DNA of 64,000 nucleotides, taken from assembly GCF_009914755.1 (NCBI RefSeq), contig NC_060928.1; one strand, written 5' to 3'. This document shows positions 51,791-64,000 of this stretch, piece after piece. The position numbers and the translations under genes are program-made. How positions within the stretch are numbered: the first letter of the stretch is position 1; each line of letters begins with the position of its first letter. This DNA comes from the human T2T-CHM13v2.0 reference genome, Homo sapiens. The notes beneath the pieces are model-generated. The model was not told the DNA's origin, ran no database searches, and saw only the letters and a program-made list of their open reading frames with translations.

Positions 51791-52499
51791 ACATACTTGA
51801 CAACAGTAGCTATATAGTATTATTAATGATTGAATGCAGCATTGAATTCATTTGCTTAAACTTTTTTAGTATTACGTGCGGTGACTTCCATTTGCTTTGA
51901 CTGGTGGTCCATGCTAAAGCAAGATTATGAAAGCAGTTTATTAGTACAGCACCACTATACCTAGTATGTAAATTTTCTTTTGCATTCTCTGAAAAATCAC
52001 CTCCATCTACTTGATTACTCTGGTCTTTATTCCAAATAGTAACTGCAATGTCAGCAGAAGCTTTTGAATAGTTGTTTCTCTAAATGGAATGTCTTTTACT
52101 CTTGCCAGGATAGGCAAAGTGTTAAATAAATAGTCAATACTTTCTGTATTTTAATTTAATCAAAGAAGCAGTAATGAAATTTGAGGGCTACTGGTGGAGG
52201 CAGAGAGAGTTGTCTATAACTCTTCTACTTTGTTCTGTTTGTCTCTTATTCTTTTTCCCTTATTAGAATTTATTTTAAATAACTTCCCTGGACTAGGACA
52301 CCAGGCTATTGGTTCCAAGACATCACTACACCTATGAAAAAAATTGAGTATTGAGAAGTAATGTGGGGTTACTTTCCTTGGATCAAAGTTACTTAAACAC
52401 TTAGATGAAAGCTTGAGAGGAAAGGAGTTTACCTATCAATAATTCAAAAACAATCTCCCTCTTCCAATTCCTTCTTCACCATTACATATTCTAGCATAG

Positions 52500-52811
<312 letters not shown>

Positions 52812-53120
52812 TAGCACAGATATTTTCTGACAAATGTTTGCAGAATATGAATCTTCTTTAAGTTTAAGCAAGTAAAAATTGCTGAATGAAAAGAGATATG
52901 TTGGCCTTTGCCACTAATTTCTGTGTAATTCTGAGTAAAATGTTAGTTTTTTTGTAAACAGAGATAAAAGTCTCGAAATTTAATTTAGGGATGAAGATTA
53001 CTAGCATCAGGCTCAGTGCCTAGATATGAAACACCAGCACCACCATCAGAACACCAAGAAAAAGGTTTCCCTCCTCCGCTTATTTTATCATGAAAAACCA
53101 AAAAGCTAAAGTCACAGTAT

Positions 53121-53240
53121 CAGTAGTCCTCCCCTTAACCACTATGGATACTTTACAAGATCCCTAGTGAATGCCTGAAACTGTGTATAGTACTGAGCCT
53201 TATACATACTTTGTAGTACTGTCTGTACTATGTTTTTCTA
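53121..53240 (+). mobile_element. MER44/Tigger7-like fragment
   Basis: cagtagtcctccccttaacc...caagatccctagtgaatgcctgaaac. Confidence 0.6.
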
Positions 53241-53626
53241 TATAGTACATTATAAACAAATACCATGGTGTTACCAGTGCATGGGAAATTATTAATGACT
53301 TTCAAAACTATATGTTGTATTTCTACTGTGCACCCCATAGGAAGGACTGCAGATAGAAAGCACATACCTGTGACAGAAGGTAGAAGAAAACACCATTGAA
53401 ACTCTCATGTGAGATAGCTGTGGCAAAATGTAGTCAAGATAAAAAAGAAATAAAATCAAAGTCTAGAATTTCCAAATTCCAAAATTCTGTTTTTGGATAG
53501 CTGATATCTCAGAAGTATATGTAGGTATTGATATCAGTATATATGTGCTCTGTCAGGTTCAGTTGAAATGAGAGAAGTAGATGTAATTTAGGTGTTCTAT
53601 TGTGTGGATGTCCCCAACAATTATCT

Positions 53627-53932
<306 letters not shown>

Positions 53933-54513
53933 ATCCCCAACAATTATCTAACCCTTCTGGACCAGATGTTTAAGTTGACCGAGAAAGACCAATCCAACTC
54001 AACTCCAAACTCCCTCAAATTTTGAGTAAATCTGAAACAGTTGACCATGTATGAAAATGTAGGGAGTTCTGATAGACATATAGCTTCTTGTGAAGGTGAA
54101 AGTAATACCACCAAAAAATAAATAAAACAACAAGAAAGAAAGTGATACCACTACTAACAAGGGGATTTTTATTAAGATTAAATGAGTTAATTTACTAGAA
54201 CAGACCCTAAAACATGGGAATGGCTATGTAGGTGTTGGCCATATTATTATTTTTACTGTTGTTAATGAGGCTATCAATATTTTAGTTGCCAGATAGCAGA
54301 AACTGTCAATAGACAGCTTATTCCATTGGAATTTTTATAAACAGAAGGGAAATTCTGGAATTGTGCTTAGATAAAAGTACAACAGCTATGAACTGGGTTT
54401 GAAAAGATGGAACCAATTTCCTTTTTTTTTCCTAGCCACATCTCTTAAAATTTGTGTTTTATGACAAAAGAGATTGTCCTCACTCAAAATTAGGCTCAAT
54501 GACCACACCACAC

Positions 54514-54805
54514 TTTTTTTTTTTTTTTTGAGACAGAGTCTTACTCTGTTGCCTCTGAGCACAGAGGTATGATCTCAGCTCACTGCAGTCTCTGCTTCCT
54601 GGGTTCAAGCAATTCTCGTGCCTCAGCCTCCCAAGTAGCTGGTATTAACAGGTGTGCACCACTACGCCCAGCTAATTGTATTTTTAGTAGAGACAAGGTT
54701 TCAGGATGTTGGCCAGGCTGGTCTCGAACTCCTGGACTCAAGTAATCCACCCACTTCAGCCTCCCAAAGTGCTGGTATTACAGGGGTGAGCCACCGCACC
54801 TGGCC
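54514..54805 (-). mobile_element. AluS
   Basis: Poly-T plus antisense dimer. Confidence 0.92.
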
Positions 54806-54999
54806 CACACACCATTTTTTAATACAGTATGGTCAATCAACTGGAAACCACAAATCTAAATTATGCAAAGGAAATATGTAAAAATATGAAAGTCTTCTCA
54901 GAAAGAGATATTTTTTACTGCCACTCCACCTATTTTTCTCTATTTTATGATGATTTAAAAGTAAAACAACATTGCTTTTATAATGAAAAAAGCAACACA

Positions 55000-55135
55000 T
55001 TTTCTTTTATTTGTTTTTGAGACAGGGTCTTGTTGTTTTGCCCAGGCTGGAGTGCAGTGGCATGATTATGGCTTACTATGTAGCCCAGGCTCAAGCAATC
55101 CTCATGCTTCAACCTCCCAGATTTTGGGATTACAG
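55000..55135 (-). mobile_element. Alu monomer fragment (AluJ/FRAM-like)
   Basis: tgagacagggtcttg...gggattacag. Confidence 0.8.
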
Positions 55136-55464
55136 CAATTTCCTTCCGAAAATCTTTTTGTCCTTTTCTGACACTGATTTGAATGGAGCCCGGGTGGGAA
55201 GTGAGCAAATACTTTTGGCACCGAACAACATCCAATAACTATGAAAGGGGTTAGACATTCTAGTCTTGTCACTGGTGTCTCAGTAGCCACTGTGTCATAG
55301 TTTGTAAAAGTATTAATCTATCAGGTAGGCTTCTGTTTAAATTATATACTTATTCATATGGAAAATTATCCATAGGCAGATAAATGGAATAATTTATATA
55401 TTTTAAATCCAAATTTCATTTAAAAATAAGCAATCTATGTGCACAGTTAAAATTTTTAAAAAGT

Positions 55465-56479
55465 GGGGGTGGAGCCAAGATGGCTGAATAGGAACAGCTC
55501 CAGTCTACAGCTTCCAGCATGAGTGACGCAGAAGACGGGTGATTTCTGCATTTCCAACTGAGGTACGGGGTTCATCTCACTGGGGATTGTTGGACAGTGG
55601 GTGCAGCGCACCAAGCGTGAGCCGAAGCAGGGCGAGGCATCGCCTCACCCAGGAAGCGCAATGGGTCAGGGAATTCCCTTTCCTAGTCAAAGAAAGGGGT
55701 GACAGATGACACCTGGAAAATTGGGTGACTCCCACCCTAATACTGCACTTTTCCAATGGTCTTAGCAAACGGCACACCAGGAGATTATATCCCGCGCGTG
55801 GCTTGGAGGGTCCTACGCCCATGGAGCCTCGCTCATTGCTAGCACAGCAATCTGAGATCAAACTGCAAGGTGGCAGCGAGGCTGGGGGAGGGGCGTCTGC
55901 CATTGCTGAGGCTTGAGTAGGTAAACAAAGCAGTCAGGAAGCTCCAACTGGGTGGAGCCCACTGCAGCTCAAGGAGGCCTGCCTGCCTCTGTAGACTCCA
56001 CCTCTGGGGGCAGGGCATAGCCAAACAAAAGGCAGCAGAATCCTCTGCAGACTTAAATGTCCCTTTCTGACAGCTTTGAAGAGAGTAGCGGTTCTCCAAG
56101 CACACAGCTGGAGATCTGAGAACAGACAGACTGCCTCCTCAAGTGGGTCCCTGCCCCCGAGTAACCTAACTGGGAGGCACCCCCCAGTAGGGGCAGACTG
56201 ACACCTCACATGGCCGGGTACTCCTCTGAGACAAAACTTTCAGAGGAACGATCAGGCAGCAACATTTGCTGTTCACCAATATCCGCTGTTCTGTAGCTTC
56301 CGCTGCTGATACCCAGGCAAACATGGTCTGGAGTGGACCTCCAGTAAACTCCAACAGACCTGCAGCAGCTGAGGGTCCTGACTGTTAGAAGGAAAACGAA
56401 CAAACAGAAAGGACATCCACACCAAACCCCATCTGTACGTCACCATCATCAAAGACCAAAGGTAGATAAAACCACAAAG
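55465..56479 (+). promoter_or_regulatory. L1 5'UTR internal sense/antisense promoter with YY1 motif
   Basis: caagatggc near the 5' end; retains the ~128-bp segment 56225-56352 lost in younger L1PA. Confidence 0.8.
55577..55903 (-). CDS. L1 antisense ORF0-like ORF (108 aa), open reading frame
   Basis: MADAPPPASLPPCSLISDCCASN...IRVGVTQFSRC matches the primate L1 ORF0 peptide as recalled; ATG at 55903-55901; expression unknown. Confidence 0.7.
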   Translation of the reverse strand: MADAPPPASLPPCSLISDCCASNERGSMGVGPSKPRAGYNLLVCRLLRPLEKCSIRVGVTQFSRCHLSPLSLTRKGNSLTHCASWVRRCLALLRLTLGALHPLSNNPQ

Positions 56480-57495
56480 ATGGGGAAAAAACAGAACAGA
56501 AACACTGGAAACTCTAAAAATCAGAGTGCCTCTCCTCCTCCAGAGGAATGCAGCTCCTCACTAGCAATGGAACAAAGCTGGACGGAGAATGACTTTGACG
56601 AGTTGAGAGAAGAAGGCTTCAGGTGATCAAACTACTCCGAGCTAAAGGAGGAAGTTCGAACACATGGCAAAGAAGTTAAAAACCTTGAAAAAAAATTAGA
56701 TGAATGGCTAACTAGAATAACCAATGCAGAGAAGTCCTTAAAAGACCTGATGGAGCTGAAAACCAAGGCACGAGAACTACGTGACAAATGCACAAGCCTC
56801 AGTAGCCGATTTGATCAACTGGAAGAAAGGGTATCAGTGATGGAAGCTCAAATGAATGAAATGAAGCGAGAAGAGAAGTTTAGAGAAAAAAGAATAAAAA
56901 GAAATGAACAAAGCCTCCAAGAAATATGGGACTATGTGAAAAGACCAAATCTACGTCTGATTGGTGTACCTGAAAGTGACAGGGAGAATGGAACCAAGTT
57001 GGAAAACACTCTGCAGGGTATTATCCAGGAGAACTTCCCCAATCTAGCAAGGCAGGCCAACATTCAAATTCAGGAAATACAGAGAACACCACAAAGATAC
57101 TCCTCAAGAAGAGCAACTCCAAGACACATAATTGTCAGATTCACCAAAGTTGAAATGAAGGAAAAATGTTAAGGGCAGGCAGAGAGAAAGGTCGGGTTAC
57201 TCACAAAGGGAAGCCCATCAGACTAACAGCTGATCTCTTGGCAGAAACTCTACAAGCCAGAAGAGAGTGGGGGCCAATATTCAACATTCTTAAAGAAAAG
57301 AATTTTCAACACAGAATTACATATCCAGCCAAACTAAGCTTCATAATTGAAGGAGAAATAAAATCCTTTACAGACAAGCAGATACTGAGAGATTTTGTCA
57401 CCACCAGGCCTGCCCTAAAAGAGCTCCTGAAGGAAGCACTAAACATGGAAAGGAATAACCAGTACCAGCCACTGCAAAAACATGCCAAATTGTAA
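56480..57495 (+). pseudogene. Disrupted L1 ORF1
   Basis: ATG at 56480; in-frame TGA at 56624; frameshift near 57166; WDYVKRPNLRLIGVPE and REWG motifs. Confidence 0.95.
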
Positions 57496-57558
57496 AGACC
57501 ATTGAGGCTAGGAAGAAACTGCATCAAATAACGAGCAAAATAACCAGCTAACATCATA

Positions 57559-61418
<3,860 letters not shown>

Positions 61419-61899
61419 ACAATGAGAACACATGGACACAGGAAGGGGAACATCACACACCAGGGCCTGTTGTGGGGTGGGGGGAGGGGGGAGGGATAGC
61501 ATTAGGAGATACATCTAATGTTAAATGATGAGTTACCGAGTGCAGCACACCAACATGGCACATGTATACAGATGTAACTAACCTGCACATTGTGCACATG
61601 TACCCTAAAACTTAAAGTATAATAAAAAATAATTTGTAAAGTATGAATGATTCAGTGATAAGTCTTCCTCCCTATGCCTGCTCTAGTTCCCCTTCCTGGA
61701 AGCAAATAGTGCTTTTAATTGCTCATGTATCCTTCACGAGATGCTTTATGCACATGCAAATAAATACACAGATAGAGTCCCAATGTTATTGTGTAAGAAG
61801 AATGATGTCATAAGGAATTTGTGAAGCCTGAAATCTGTCTTAATAGAAATATATCCTGGGTAAGTAAGCTTCTCTATTTTTAATGTTCCAAAAAAGAAG

Positions 61900-62440
61900 G
61901 AATGCCATCAATCATTCTATAATTACTGAGTTCCTACTGTGTGTAAGGCACCATGCCAGATGCTATTTGTACTGTCAAGTTGCCTTTACAATTTTTCATA
62001 TTTATGTCTTGTTGATTCAGATTTGTCCTCGAACATTCCTATCTCAGAAAGACCTTCCTTGACCCCCCCACTTGAAAGCAGCTGTCCCTTGCCCTGTCAA
62101 CTCTATCACATCTCTGTGCTTTATTTCTTCTAGGGCTAAGGGGATTCTACAATTTCTCACTATGTCTTCCTTTTGAGGTGAAAGGGAGTGCTGTTATCAT
62201 TACAGAAGGATAACAGGTGTAAATTGGCAATGTGACCTGGGATAGTTGGACACCCTCTTCATAGCATTTATCACTTCATTGCATTTAGCATTCCAAGATA
62301 ATGGACATTATTTTGTCCACTTATTTGTTTACTTGTAAGTTCCATGAAGCAGGAACTTTTCTTGTTCTAGGAATCCATCACCCAGAAGAGTTCTTGACAC
62401 AAAATAAGTAGGTTCTTAATAAATATTGGTTGACTGAATG
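61900..62440. mobile_element. L2 remnants
   Basis: tcagaaagaccttccttgacc...tgtaagttccatgaagcagg...ataaatattggttgactgaat. Confidence 0.6.
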
Positions 62441-62969
62441 GATGACCCAACCATGCCCCATATTCTGTGGTAGAACTGAGCATCCTTTGGTTGGCACTGG
62501 TAAATTGAAATGCCATGAAGGCACATTTGCTCAGAGTGCTCTTTCCCTAAGCAGAGGGGAAAAAGGAGCCAACGTTTAATATTCAGATTTTGATTTGCAG
62601 TGTTTTCCGTGAAGACATGAGTCTGGTAGATGGGTACTAGCAACATCAACTGTTTTGTTACTTGCAAGGAGACTGAGGTGCTGTGGTCTCCAAGATAGGC
62701 CTGGTCTAAAGAGCAGACCAGTGGGATGTGAACGGTAATAGGCCAGTTGGATCTGGTGGTCGGTTAGTCCATAGGGAAACCTGTCTCCAAGCAATGGAAC
62801 AGCTGAATCCGCATGACTTGGTCCATAGGCCAAAAAGGAGGAACAGCTTTTAAGTGGCCTGCTATGTAGGCCCATTCAATTCCCAAGGAGGCAGGAAGCC
62901 AGTGGGATACAAAGGAAAAAACACCTTTCTGTGTCTGGGAAGTTGCTAGTCTGATCACGTGTATGTACA

Positions 62970-62972
<3 letters not shown>

Positions 62973-63004
<32 letters not shown>

Positions 63005-63010
63005 CTCTCA
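62973..63010 (+). repeat. (CA)14(CT)n microsatellite
   Basis: Direct reading. Confidence 0.95.
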
Positions 63011-64000
63011 CATTATGAGAGTCCAAGGGCCCCAAGAGTCTGTTCTGATAGAGAAGTCTAACATAATTCTCTACCACCGTACCTAAAACCAGACCAATCT
63101 TTTAAATCAGGGGCCTGGGTTTTAGTGGCTTAGTAGCTCATTTTAAGTTTTCCTTCTCCTTCCAAACAGAGAGGTCTGTGTCCTGTGTTATGCTGATCTA
63201 TGGGAGAATTCCTGCAGGAGGAAGGGGCTGAAACATTGGCCTAAGGTTATTAAACAGAGCTTTCGTAATAAATATGTTGATACCATTTCTGAAAGATTTG
63301 CATATTTCTCTATCACATATTGTTCAATTTTATTAGAGGAAATCATTCTGGTATCCTGTTGGAATTGCTGAATTTTGGGGTATTATCTTAAGCTCCTTGA
63401 TTTTAATGCTGTGGGAACTGAGACTCAGATTGAATAACCTGCCTTCCTTGACATTAACTGAGATAAGCTCCTGTTTTCAGAAGTTAGAACCCTCTACTGA
63501 TAGTTGACTTTAGGCATGTGTTTTAAAAACGACAGTTGGATATGGTTGAGAGCTCAGTTGCTAAAGCTGTGAAGCAACTTGGGACACACGTTTAACCAAA
63601 TAAAATTATTTTCCCCAGCTCATGCTGTGCTGACAGCTTCCAAAAACTGTGTTCACCTTCATTCTCTCCTCATAAAAAGGGGCTACAGGTATTTTTAAAC
63701 CTGGGGTTTGAGGAAGAGAATGTTAATTATAAATCTAGATTAGTTGAATGTATTCAAGAATTTGCCAGACTGAATATGAATACTCTTGGAGTGTAAGTGA
63801 AACAAAAATGAGGCCTTTGGTGACCTATTATCTATCGATCTATATCTATCTATCTTTCATCCCAGATTGGTTTTAGAATGAGAAGAACAAAAGTTGCTTT
63901 TTCTCATTTCTTACTCTTACACAATGAAGTGGTTAACAAAATTGATACAGAGTGACAACTTTAATGATCATTCTGTTGCAAACAACTACAAGTCCAAACA

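Overview
This is AT-rich primate (probably ape) genomic DNA, intergenic or intronic, made almost entirely of interspersed repeats. I found no host protein-coding exon, RNA gene or CRISPR array. Long ORFs in the track are LINE-1 ORF1/ORF2 fragments, an L1 antisense ORF0, or Alu/LTR read-through. Main elements: an LTR12C-like solo LTR inside an Alu (1050-2490); a nested hAT DNA-transposon cluster (about 5.1-8.1 kb); a THE1 solo LTR inside another Alu; an L1PA with a 5' inversion and a ~160-bp 3' transduction with a second poly(A) (23044-27442); an L1 3' fragment flanked by a ~150-bp direct duplication (44661-46144); a four-tier L2>MaLR>L1>Alu nest; and a full-length defective L1PA4/5-like element (55465-61630) carrying a ~36-bp L1-tail micro-insertion in ORF2. 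I see no evidence of a new multi-gene biological system; the notable signals are unusual retrotransposition and repair events. Subfamily names come from recalled consensus sequences, not a database search.
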